Shown in pieces: positions 40,092-48,772 of a stretch of DNA of 64,000 nucleotides. Location: positions 2,089-66,088 of the forward strand of contig CAZKVI010000003.1 in NCBI GenBank assembly GCA_964556185.1, in the 5' to 3' direction. A program made the translations under genes and the position numbers. A model generated the notes under the pieces. It saw only the letters and a program-made list of their open reading frames with translations, was not told where the DNA came from and did not search any database. The stretch comes from an uncultured Methanosarcinales archaeon. Lineage in GTDB: Archaea; Nanobdellota; Nanobdellia; Woesearchaeales; DSVV01. The first letter of the stretch is position 1. The number at the start of each line of letters is the position of its first letter.

Positions 40092-42887
40092 ATGTCAATA
40101 CAACCTACAAAGAAAAACCCAATATTCTCATTTATTATACCGATCTTAATTGTAATTTTCTTTTCATCAACTAAATTAATCAATTTAGTAACAGATTATT
40201 GGTGGTTCGATGCATTAGGTTTCAAAGAAATCTTTATGATCAGCTTAAAAGCTAAATTAACATTATTCATAGCAGCAGCATTATTCTTCTTCATATTCGC
40301 ATTAATTAATCTAACTATCTCAACCTATCTAAACAAGAAAATAACAATGCCAAAAGGTGTTAAACCAATACCATTTAGATTCAAACTTTTATTAACATCT
40401 TTAGTGGCTTTATTTGTTGGTTTTGTATCTTACAATTCTTGGTTTAATGTTTTGCAATACTTAAATCAAACACCTTTTAATTTACAAGATCCAATATTTT
40501 TTAGAGATGTTGCATTCTATGTGTTTTCATTGCCATTTTTCTTATTTGCCTGGAAATTTTTAATGGCAACTTTAGTAATTACAACAATTATTGTAGCTAT
40601 AGATTATTTACAAGCAATATTCTTTTCATTACTTAAGAAAAAACATGACAAACCACAAGTTGTTGATGCAAACGGAATCCCAAGAAGTACTGGTCAAATA
40701 AACATAGCTGAAATATTCAAAAACATAAAACAATATGCATTAGTACATCTAGCTTTCTTAGGTTCATTATTTTTCATTTTATTAGCTGTAAAACATTATT
40801 TAACAAAATTCTCAATTATGTATTCAGAAGCAGGAATTGTCGTCGGAGCCGGTTATACAGATGTAGTAGTTTTTGTCCCAATTGTAAAATTACTTACAAT
40901 CTTAGCAGTCATTGTGTCTGTATTATTCTTTGTCTGGATTTTTGTAATATCAAAATCACAAAGATTAAAGAAAAGACATATTTTAGCTTACTTCGTAATC
41001 CTATATTTGATATTTTTCTTTATAGCACCAACAGTAATCCCAGGTGTAATTCAAGCATTAAAAGTTGATCCAAATGAAATCAATCTAGAAAAACCTTATA
41101 TTGAAAACAATATTGAATTTACAAAAATTGCTTACGGTTTAGAAGATGTTGAAGAAACAGATTTCTCAGTAGAAATGTCATTAACACCAGAAATCTTAGA
41201 AGAAAATCCAGAAACAATTGATAATGTAAGAATATTAGATTGGAGACCATTAACACAAACATATAAACAAACACAAGAAATAAGGTTGTATTATGATTTA
41301 GCAAATATTGATATTGATAGATATACAATTGAAGGAAAATATACAGAAGTCATGCTCTCACCAAGAGAAATTAATCAATATCAAATCATAGATAATGCAC
41401 AAACATGGGTTAATTTACACATGGTTTATACTCATGGTTATGGTGTTGTAGTAAGTCCTGTTAATAAAGTCACAGAACAAGGAATGCCTGAGTATCTTGT
41501 ACAAGATATTCCATCTGTGTATAATGTTGATGAACCTTCTTTAATTGTAGAAACACCACAAATATATTATGGAGAAATAGACAATGATTTTATCTTAACA
41601 AACACATTAACTCCAGAATTTGATTATCCAAAGGGAAACACAAATGAATACCTGCATTATGATGGAAATGGCGGAATTGTTCTCGACACTTTCTGGAAAA
41701 AAGCATTAATGGCATTAAGATTCATGGATATTAAGATATTATTATCAGATGATTTAACTATAGAAAGTAAGATAATGTTTACAAGAGCAATCCAAGACAG
41801 AATTGCAAAATTAACACCATTCTTAATGCTTGATTATGATCCTTATTTAGTTATCAATGATGGAAAATTATATTGGATACAAGATGCTTACACTTATACA
41901 GGGAACTTCCCATACTCTGAAAAATACAACATGATTAATTACATGAGGAACTCTGTGAAAATTGTAGTCGATGCATACAATGGAGATGTAACTTATTATA
42001 TTGTTGACACAGAAGATCCATTAATTGCAACATATGCAAAAATCTTCCCAGATCAATTTAAGTCATTCGAAGAATTCCCAGAAGGATTAATTGAACATAT
42101 TAGATATCCTGAAAACTTATTTGATATACAAGCTTACATTTATAGTACATATCATATGAATGATCCAACTGTCTTTTATAATAAAGAAGATGCATGGGAT
42201 ATTCCTACAGAAGTCTATGGTACTGGTCAACAAATATATGTTGAACCATATTATATTATTATGAAATTACCAGGAGAAGAATCTGAAGAATTTGTTTTAA
42301 TGACTTCATTTACTCCAATAAGTAAAGATAATATGATTGCATGGCTAGCAGCAAGATCTGACGGAGATAATTATGGTAAACTATTGTTATACAAATTCCC
42401 AAAAGATAAATTAATCTATGGTCCATTACAAATAGAAGCTAAATTTGACCAAGACTCAGAAATATCTCAGCAATTAACACTTTGGTCTCAACAAGGTTCT
42501 AGTGTTACAAGAGGTAACTTATTAGTAATTCCAATTGATGATAGTATTTTATACATTGAACCACTTTATATCCAAGCAGAAACAGGTCAATTGCCAGAAT
42601 TAAAAAGAGTTTTAGTTTCAGATGGAGAAAGAGTAGTAATGGAACAATATTTATCAGATGCATTAGAAATTCTATTCGGAAAATCATCAACAGTTGAAGA
42701 TACAGAAGACGACAGGGAATATACTGGAGATGTAGAATACTCAGGCGATGAAACAGATGAAGAATTAATGCAATCTGCTCAAGATTACTATGATTCAATA
42801 TTAGAATCTATGGAATCTGGTGATTGGGTAGAATTTGGAGAAAACTTTGACAATCTTGGCCAAGTTTTGAATGAATTGAATAATTAA
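40092..42887 (+). CDS. UPF0182 (COG1615) family large membrane protein
   Basis: 931 aa; N-terminal polytopic TM region, large extracytoplasmic domain, acidic C-terminus. Confidence 0.55.
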   Translation: MSIQPTKKNPIFSFIIPILIVIFFSSTKLINLVTDYWWFDALGFKEIFMISLKAKLTLFIAAALFFFIFALINLTISTYLNKKITMPKGVKPIPFRFKLLLTSLVALFVGFVSYNSWFNVLQYLNQTPFNLQDPIFFRDVAFYVFSLPFFLFAWKFLMATLVITTIIVAIDYLQAIFFSLLKKKHDKPQVVDANGIPRSTGQINIAEIFKNIKQYALVHLAFLGSLFFILLAVKHYLTKFSIMYSEAGIVVGAGYTDVVVFVPIVKLLTILAVIVSVLFFVWIFVISKSQRLKKRHILAYFVILYLIFFFIAPTVIPGVIQALKVDPNEINLEKPYIENNIEFTKIAYGLEDVEETDFSVEMSLTPEILEENPETIDNVRILDWRPLTQTYKQTQEIRLYYDLANIDIDRYTIEGKYTEVMLSPREINQYQIIDNAQTWVNLHMVYTHGYGVVVSPVNKVTEQGMPEYLVQDIPSVYNVDEPSLIVETPQIYYGEIDNDFILTNTLTPEFDYPKGNTNEYLHYDGNGGIVLDTFWKKALMALRFMDIKILLSDDLTIESKIMFTRAIQDRIAKLTPFLMLDYDPYLVINDGKLYWIQDAYTYTGNFPYSEKYNMINYMRNSVKIVVDAYNGDVTYYIVDTEDPLIATYAKIFPDQFKSFEEFPEGLIEHIRYPENLFDIQAYIYSTYHMNDPTVFYNKEDAWDIPTEVYGTGQQIYVEPYYIIMKLPGEESEEFVLMTSFTPISKDNMIAWLAARSDGDNYGKLLLYKFPKDKLIYGPLQIEAKFDQDSEISQQLTLWSQQGSSVTRGNLLVIPIDDSILYIEPLYIQAETGQLPELKRVLVSDGERVVMEQYLSDALEILFGKSSTVEDTEDDREYTGDVEYSGDETDEELMQSAQDYYDSILESMESGDWVEFGENFDNLGQVLNELNN

Positions 42888-43204
42888 TCAACTTTCATAT
42901 CTTTTAATTTCTTATTTATTGTAATTTCAATTAAATCTAAATTAATATTTTCATAACCTTTAGATATTCTTAATTGTAACTCTGCATTTACTTTTCTGTT
43001 TAATTTATTCTTAATATTTTCAATATCTTTATCTGGCAATACTGTATAAGTTGGATTTATCTTCTCTCTGTATTTCATAGAAATATCAAAACTATTCTTA
43101 AGTTCTTTATCATAATGTTTTCTAATGTTGTCGTCATCAATGGCTTTAGATAATATTTCATGGATTATTGAATTTGATAAGTTACCAATAAATAAGTCTA
43201 TCAA
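42884..43204 (-). CDS. hypothetical protein
   Basis: 106-aa ORF directly downstream of the palindromic promoter element. Confidence 0.3.
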   Translation of the reverse strand: MIDLFIGNLSNSIIHEILSKAIDDDNIRKHYDKELKNSFDISMKYREKINPTYTVLPDKDIENIKNKLNRKVNAELQLRISKGYENINLDLIEITINKKLKDMKVD

Positions 43205-43208
43205 TTTA

Positions 43209-43300
43209 TACTAAAAGTGATTAATTTTCGTACAAATTAATCACTTTTGTATATACCAGAGTGTAAAATAATTTGACTTTATTTTACACTTTAAGTATAT
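43209..43300. promoter_or_regulatory. palindromic operator/promoter module, copy A (AAAAGTGATTAATT-n9-AATTAATCACTTTT, TATATA, AGAGTGTAAAATAA-n6-TTATTTTACACTTT)
   Basis: Same module as 50043..50122. AAAGTG/CACTTT half-sites flank a TATA box. Confidence 0.6.
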
Positions 43301-43302
43301 TT

Positions 43303-44100
43303 CTATTTTGAACCACTTTTAATCCCTCTCAAAATCTTTGTTTCTAATTTCTTATACAATTTCTTGTATTTTCTAAGAAATCTCTTTTTATCACTTATTA
43401 TGTTCTCTTTTATTTCTTTGTATGCATTCTTTCCGAACAATTTATCAATTTCCTTGTCAACTTTATCTTTACTTATCTTATTTTTATTTAAAAACAATGA
43501 AATAGAAACAACATTCCTTAACATTTCATATTTTTCATTACCATTTAACATATTAAAGTTTTCAATTAATAATTTGCTTTTTAATAAGTGCAAATCTAAT
43601 ATTTTATAATTAATTTTATGTTTTGTTTTATAGATAAATCTTTTTCTAGTAATACATTTACTTAACATTGTTTGATACAATGGATCTGTATTCAAACCAT
43701 TAATTAAGGCTTTATTATTTATTAGAATTATGTGCGGTTTAATACCTAATTTATTTTCTAATTCTTCTTCAAGATATTTCTCATCAATTTGATCATCCAT
43801 AATAACTAATACATCAATATCATTAAAATGAAACCCTTTTTCTAAAAATGAACCTGTTATGATTAGGTTATCATAAGTTTTGAATATTTTATCTATATTC
43901 TCAAATATTTGGCTGATTATATTAACTTTTACAGGCTCTAAGAAGTCAATATTATAGAAAAATGGTTTCTCAATAGGTCTTTCTAACTCTTGTAATGGTT
44001 TTATGGTTACATGACTACCTACTTCAAACCCAAGCCTTCTTTTTGGGATGTATATTTGATCCATCCTACTTCCTTTACTAATCTTACTTATTAGTTTCAT
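43303..44100 (-). CDS. AbrB/MazE-like N-terminal domain fused to a minimal nucleotidyltransferase domain
   Basis: SKGSRMDQIYIPKRR...EVGSHVTI (swapped-hairpin-like), then ITGSFLEKGFHFNDIDVLVI (GS...D.D). Confidence 0.45.
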   Translation of the reverse strand: MKLISKISKGSRMDQIYIPKRRLGFEVGSHVTIKPLQELERPIEKPFFYNIDFLEPVKVNIISQIFENIDKIFKTYDNLIITGSFLEKGFHFNDIDVLVIMDDQIDEKYLEEELENKLGIKPHIILINNKALINGLNTDPLYQTMLSKCITRKRFIYKTKHKINYKILDLHLLKSKLLIENFNMLNGNEKYEMLRNVVSISLFLNKNKISKDKVDKEIDKLFGKNAYKEIKENIISDKKRFLRKYKKLYKKLETKILRGIKSGSK

Positions 44101-44140
44101 ATTACGTAATATTACGTAATAATATATAAATCTTTCGGTT

Positions 44141-44443
44141 TTATTTCAGGCTTTTATTATTTAATCTAGCTTTTCTAATTTTAATAAGCTTCTTAATCTT
44201 CTTATTCCATCTTTTAATATCTAAAAATTTAGCAAAACAAGATTTATCACTTCTTAATTTTGTTCTGTCATCATAACCTCTAAATCCATCTCTATAATTT
44301 GTCCAATCATCATACATTTCTTTTGGTTCTAGACATTCTTCAATTAGTTTACTCTTTTTTAACTTAATGGTTGAGTTAGGAGTAACTCTACCACTATGTC
44401 TTCTTTTCTTTCTGTTCATTTTATTAGAATACCCTAATGACAA
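44141..44443 (-). CDS. hypothetical basic protein
   Basis: 100-aa ORF. Confidence 0.3.
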   Translation of the reverse strand: MSLGYSNKMNRKKRRHSGRVTPNSTIKLKKSKLIEECLEPKEMYDDWTNYRDGFRGYDDRTKLRSDKSCFAKFLDIKRWNKKIKKLIKIRKARLNNKSLK

Positions 44444-44556
44444 GGCTTTTACCTTGCCATTTTAAGATTATATCTATTAAGGGTAGCAGCACATGGCTTT
44501 GCATCTTTTCTCACCATCTGTCCAAAAGTACATGACTTATTTTTATTGTTCTTGGA

Positions 44557-44904
44557 CTATGAGTTAATTGTTGGAGAAGTTTTACTAATCTCTTCAATAG
44601 ATTTTAAAGCTTCTTCAATTGCTTTAATCTTTTCTTCAGAGATCTCTTCTTTTTCCACAATCCTTTGTTTCATATTATCATATTCTTGTATGGCTTTCTC
44701 AATCTCTCTTTCTTTATTCCTTTTTTCTCTTTTTATGTCTTCTTCAATATCTTTGTTCCAGTTTTCTAAATCAATCTTTAATTCTTCTATTTGTTGTTCT
44801 TTGTGTTTTAATTTTTCCTTAAATGTTGACTTGGTAGTCATGATGTCAAGTTTTCTTCCTGTAAGTCTTTCCACAATACTATATCTTGATTGACTTTCTG
44901 TCAT
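44557..44904 (-). CDS. coiled-coil protein
   Basis: E/K-rich heptads. The opposite-strand ORF is low complexity. Confidence 0.3.
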   Translation of the reverse strand: MTESQSRYSIVERLTGRKLDIMTTKSTFKEKLKHKEQQIEELKIDLENWNKDIEEDIKREKRNKEREIEKAIQEYDNMKQRIVEKEEISEEKIKAIEEALKSIEEISKTSPTINS

Positions 44905-44927
44905 GTTCTCACCTCATTTTTTTACTG

Positions 44928-45063
44928 TTAATAGCGCCAGGGACGGGAGTTTCAGTAACTTCAAAGAGTTACACCCCATCAGTTGACATTTGAACCCACG
45001 TGACATTCAGGGGACGAATGTCAACTGGATCATCAGTCCAGCGTCTTGAGCCAGACTCGACCA
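44928..45063 (-). tRNA. tRNA-like gene with Ile(GAU) anticodon arm interrupted by two insertions (possible non-canonical introns) or a pseudo-tRNA
   Basis: Minus-strand TATA about 25 bp upstream. Acceptor GCCAGGG/CCCTGGC, anticodon arm CTGGA-CUGAUGA-TCCAG, GGGTTCAAAT T-loop. A 9-bp hairpin insert and a 40-nt insert interrupt it. Confidence 0.3.
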
Positions 45064-45100
45064 CCCTGGCCTCGCCAACAGTAAAGTTTATATACTTGTT

Positions 45101-45146
45101 TGAATATACAATTAATTAAGGGGACGAATGTCAATTTGGATTATCA
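45101..45146. repeat. degenerate duplicate of the anticodon-arm/hairpin segment of the adjacent tRNA-like gene
   Basis: ggggacgaatgtcaaTttggatTatcaAtccag versus ggggacgaatgtcaaCtggatCatcaGtccag at 45002-45033. Confidence 0.6.
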
Positions 45147-45224
45147 ATCCAGTTTCTTTGGCCAACTTGGCCTTTTTTCTTTTTCAATATTCATTTTATA
45201 TATTGGCTCTATAAAGAACCATTA

Positions 45225-45725
45225 TTGGTAACCAATATAGATTACAATAAATATATAAAGTTTTCGGTTACTAATATATATTGTAATATGTATCCAGCTA
45301 AAAAAGAAAAGATAATTCATACAAAAATTATTGAATTTTTGAGAAATAATCCAAAAGGCCTTACTATGACTCAATTAGTAAGAGCCACAAAATTCTCTAG
45401 AAAGGCCATTGAAAAGCACCTAGAAGTATTAATATTGGAAAATGAGATTTATATGAAAAAATTTGGAGTTACAAAGGTTTATTACCCAAACCATAGAATT
45501 CATCACTTTGATTTTGAAAAATTGAGCTTTAACAACAGAACTATTTGGTTTGATATTTTAGAGAATGAATACGGGAAATATTTATTGATACAAAAAAAGA
45601 AAAAAGTAGAAGATAAATGGGAACATGAGCATTCAATCACAATACCATTAGAAAAAAGCAAAGAATTCTTAAAAACATTAGATAATCTTTTGAAATCAAG
45701 TAGAATGAAGAAATTGATTAAATAA
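45225..45725 (+). CDS. probable winged-helix DNA-binding protein
   Basis: KIIEFLRNNPKGLTMTQLVRATKFSRKAIEKHLEVLILENEIY. Confidence 0.4.
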   Translation: MVTNIDYNKYIKFSVTNIYCNMYPAKKEKIIHTKIIEFLRNNPKGLTMTQLVRATKFSRKAIEKHLEVLILENEIYMKKFGVTKVYYPNHRIHHFDFEKLSFNNRTIWFDILENEYGKYLLIQKKKKVEDKWEHEHSITIPLEKSKEFLKTLDNLLKSSRMKKLIK

Positions 45726-45766
45726 CCATCAATAAATTTATTAATACATCAATCAATAATCTTTCT

Positions 45767-46648
45767 ATGAACAAATCAATTATAATCTCATTAATACTTA
45801 TACTTGTCTTAATCACATCAGTTTATGCATTAGAAGGTTCTAGAACTGAATTAGAAAAAGCATCTGCTCAAGAATATGGCTATGCAAGAGGATATGACCA
45901 AGCTTCTGATGGAATGTCAAAAGATCCAAATTGGGTTAGCAAATATACAAATAGATTAAGTAGTATTGCAAGACACTATGTAATTGATGTAACTGAAGAA
46001 GAAATTGAAGCATATCAATCAGCAAAAGGTACATATTTGTTAGCATATAAACAAGGCTATGATGATTATAAACAAGGAGAACCTGAACCACAAACTAAAA
46101 AAGTTGAAAAAGTTGAAAGATATGGAACAGTTACAGAAGAAATAACAGAATCACCTTTAACAAATATAGATTGGGATAAATCTACAGAAGAACTTGGTTA
46201 TGAATTCGGTGTTTATGATGCACAACAAGGCAATGCAAAATCTCCTTATACAATTTTGAATAAACTTAGTTGGGATACTTCTTTGAAAATAAAAGCACGA
46301 AGAATAGTTAATGAAAAAGTAGACTTTATCAAAGCATACAAAAAAGGATATGAAGCATCTGATTCTGTTGAAATAGTAAGACAACAAGACAAAGGCATGG
46401 CTGAAAAAGGAGAATCTGAAATAATTGGCTGGGCACTAGGTTATTCTCATGCAATTAATGGCCAAGAACAAGACTCAGGAGTTATTTATGATTACACATA
46501 CCTTAGCAGGCTTCCTAAGGATCTATTTGACAAAAGTGTACATCATATGTTACCACGTAGATTAAAAATCAGTCCTAATGAAAGACATTGGTTTGAACAA
46601 GGCTATAACAATGGCTATGCAGATGGTTTGCTGAAGTTAGAAGAATGA
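45767..46648 (+). CDS. secreted acidic protein with six GY-containing repeats
   Basis: Signal peptide; repeats YGYARGYDQASDG / AYKQGYDDYKQGE / LGYEFGVYDAQQGN / AYKKGYEASDS / LGYSHAINGQEQD / FEQGYNNGYADG. Confidence 0.5.
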   Translation: MNKSIIISLILILVLITSVYALEGSRTELEKASAQEYGYARGYDQASDGMSKDPNWVSKYTNRLSSIARHYVIDVTEEEIEAYQSAKGTYLLAYKQGYDDYKQGEPEPQTKKVEKVERYGTVTEEITESPLTNIDWDKSTEELGYEFGVYDAQQGNAKSPYTILNKLSWDTSLKIKARRIVNEKVDFIKAYKKGYEASDSVEIVRQQDKGMAEKGESEIIGWALGYSHAINGQEQDSGVIYDYTYLSRLPKDLFDKSVHHMLPRRLKISPNERHWFEQGYNNGYADGLLKLEE

Positions 46649-46755
46649 TGGTAATTATATAACATTAAATATTGTTTATCACAACATCTGATGTTAAACT
46701 AAAGTTCTCTAAAATTAACAGATTGTTAATAACAAAGAACAAGTGAAAAACTTCT

Positions 46756-47571
46756 CTACTTAAAGTCATGTTCTTTGTATTTCTTAAGAAGTCCTAAAAT
46801 TTCCTTATCTTTAATATCTTTCAATTTTAAAATAATATTATTTATATCATCGCCTTCTTCACTATTGTCTTCTTTTCTAAAACTTATTGAAATTTTATCA
46901 TCTTGCCAAATAAAATATCTCAATATCTCAATATCTTTATCATTAGAGTTGTCCTCTAGCCATTTTCCAAGCTTTTTCTTTAATTTAAATAAATCTTCAT
47001 CATATTTTGGTGTTTTAGTATAAAGTGCTCTAGCGAAACCCTCTAATCCAATAATACTATTAAGTTTTTTCTTTGTTTTTCTTGAATAATATTCATAGTC
47101 TGTTCTACTAATTGGTTTTTCCTCAATAATCCTTTTAATTATTTGTTTTTCTTTTTTTGTGAAAATTTGAGATAGCCACATCTGTAGATTTCTCTCTGCA
47201 TAGATTTTTTGCTTGTCAATTATTAATTCAGATTTTTTTAATCTAGCTAATTGCAATTCAAACTCTTGTTTAAATTCATCATAATCAAGATTTCCTTTAT
47301 TACTAAACTCAGGCAATTGTTTATCAATATTATTCTCTTCAAATATTATTCTTGTAAAAGCTAATATTTGGCTAAAAATCTTTTTTTTAGGTGTTTTTTG
47401 ATATAATTCTTCAATATCTAAGTCATACTTATAAATTAGAAATGGAATAGCTTTCAAATATCTTATATTCTCAGTCTTCAAAATAGATAAAATTAGTTTT
47501 TCTTTGCTTTTATCTGCACCAAGCATCCTGTAGCCTGCATCAGTAAGCTTTTTCTCTATTGCTGTTGCCAT
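46756..47571 (-). CDS. hypothetical protein, second gene of the cassette operon
   Basis: Overlaps the upstream nucleotidyltransferase gene by 16 nt. No recognised domain. Confidence 0.4.
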   Translation of the reverse strand: MATAIEKKLTDAGYRMLGADKSKEKLILSILKTENIRYLKAIPFLIYKYDLDIEELYQKTPKKKIFSQILAFTRIIFEENNIDKQLPEFSNKGNLDYDEFKQEFELQLARLKKSELIIDKQKIYAERNLQMWLSQIFTKKEKQIIKRIIEEKPISRTDYEYYSRKTKKKLNSIIGLEGFARALYTKTPKYDEDLFKLKKKLGKWLEDNSNDKDIEILRYFIWQDDKISISFRKEDNSEEGDDINNIILKLKDIKDKEILGLLKKYKEHDFK

Positions 47572-48176
47572 TTTTTAACCTCATTTATTATTTCTTTATT
47601 TTCCATATTCCATTCTTTAAATTTTATTTCAATTAGATCTAATAATTTTTGTTTATAATTTGCAACAATAGATGTTTGCATAGTTTCTTTATATCTACTA
47701 ACAAGTTCTTTAAGATCTATTTTCTCTTTTTCAAAAATTCTTTTTACATCATCAAAGTCTCTAGAATCACCTCTTGCTAATTTACTTATTATAACATCAT
47801 ACAAAGATAATGTATAAAGTTCAATCTTACCAAATGATTGAATATGTTTGGATTTTTCTAAACAATCTGGAAGTAAATCAGTTCCTAAAATATATGAACT
47901 ATGAAAGACATCAAAAGCCAAACCTTCTTGTGTAATCCAGCGAATATGTCCTGTTTTCTCAAATCCAATCTGTTCAAATATCTTACAGATATATTTGTAT
48001 TCTTTATCTGAGTGGATATTAATATCTATGTCTAATGTTGATTGTTTGATATTAAGTATTGTTAATGCTGTTCCACCTAATGCATACATCTTAGTTTTCT
48101 TTTCAATAAATTTTGATAGGGATTCAAGTAATTCAAAGAGTTCATTAGCATTAATTTCTTTTTTATTGTGAGGCAT
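47556..48176 (-). CDS. AbiEii/DUF1814-like nucleotidyltransferase (putative toxin/abortive-infection component)
   Basis: YALGGTALTILNIKQSTLDIDINI matches the GGTAL...S.DIDf nucleotidyltransferase motif. Confidence 0.45.
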   Translation of the reverse strand: MPHNKKEINANELFELLESLSKFIEKKTKMYALGGTALTILNIKQSTLDIDINIHSDKEYKYICKIFEQIGFEKTGHIRWITQEGLAFDVFHSSYILGTDLLPDCLEKSKHIQSFGKIELYTLSLYDVIISKLARGDSRDFDDVKRIFEKEKIDLKELVSRYKETMQTSIVANYKQKLLDLIEIKFKEWNMENKEIINEVKKWQQQ

Positions 48177-48544
48177 ATTACTAATAAAACAGCTTTAGTA
48201 TATAAATCTTCCTATTTTTGTACGTATATATACAATTATTGTATAAAAAACTCACAAAGAAGGCTATAACAATGACTATGCAGATGGATTGTTGAAGTTG
48301 GAAGAATGAATATAAACAAAGAAAACTAGCAAATAATGTAGTGGTTAACTTTTTAATAAATTACTATTTAATATGTAAAATGTAGTGGTTATATATTTCT
48401 CTAAATTAGGTGTCTACATTTATGGTGTTTTGTAGTCACCCATATATTGATTATTTATTTCTAACTAGTTCAATTAATTTCATTCTTACTTTGGTTCAAA
48501 TTAAGACCAAAAAAGTTCTTCTTAAGATTTGAGTATGGATTGTA

Positions 48545-48600
48545 AGAAAAAAACGCCACGACCCGGACTTTCAAACCACAGGTTTGAACCTTTTGGTTTT
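48545..48600 (-). repeat. degenerate partial duplicate of the tRNA-Ser 3' end with an internal hairpin insertion
   Basis: tatcccggttcaaa...tccgggtcgtggcg versus the tRNA 3' end tatcccggttcaaatccgggccacagcg. No valid cloverleaf. Confidence 0.5.
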
Positions 48601-48649
48601 TGAACCGGGATACAATATGAGCTTTGCTCATATGTACAAAAAATTAAAA

Positions 48650-48763
48650 CGCTGTGGCCCGGATTTGAACCGGGATATCCCGGAGGAAACAAGCTAAACA
48701 GTGCATGCCTTGAAAATACATACATTTCCAGGCTTGCGCAGTACCAGGTTGTGCCACCACAGC
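48650..48763 (-). tRNA. tRNA-Ser(GGA) with about 30-nt anticodon-loop intron and long variable arm
   Basis: Acceptor GCTGTGG/CCACAGC, anticodon stem CAAGC/GCTTG, loop CU-GGA-A, T-arm CCCGG-TTCAAAT-CCGGG, discriminator G. Confidence 0.55.
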
Positions 48764-48772
48764 AAAAAAAGG

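Larger units (their letters stand above)
46649..48309. mobile_element. roughly 1.65-kb two-gene cassette bounded by about 52-bp imperfect direct repeats of the host gene 3' end (46597..46648 and 48254..48309); putative integrated element without integrase
   Basis: Repeats aligned by eye at about 85% identity. Contents are an AbiEii-like nucleotidyltransferase and an unknown partner. Confidence 0.4.

Noticed and set aside
44546-44893. Plus-strand 115-aa ORF opposite the coiled-coil gene
   Set aside because: Pure low-complexity Ser/Leu/Phe translation of the antisense strand of a GAA/AAG-rich gene.
45001-45146. Possible CRISPR array suggested by two 33-nt near-identical repeats
   Set aside because: Only two copies, about 75 bp apart, with no regular spacer structure. 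They are better explained as a tRNA-like gene fragment and its duplicate.
48545-48600. A third tRNA in the Ser-Met tRNA cluster (two GGTTCAAA motifs)
   Set aside because: No partner strand for a T-stem or acceptor stem. The sequence is a split, degenerate copy of the tRNA-Ser 3' end.
48522-48725. ORF-track CDS (67 aa) on the minus strand
   Set aside because: Lies entirely over tRNA-Ser and its 3'-end remnant. Spurious.
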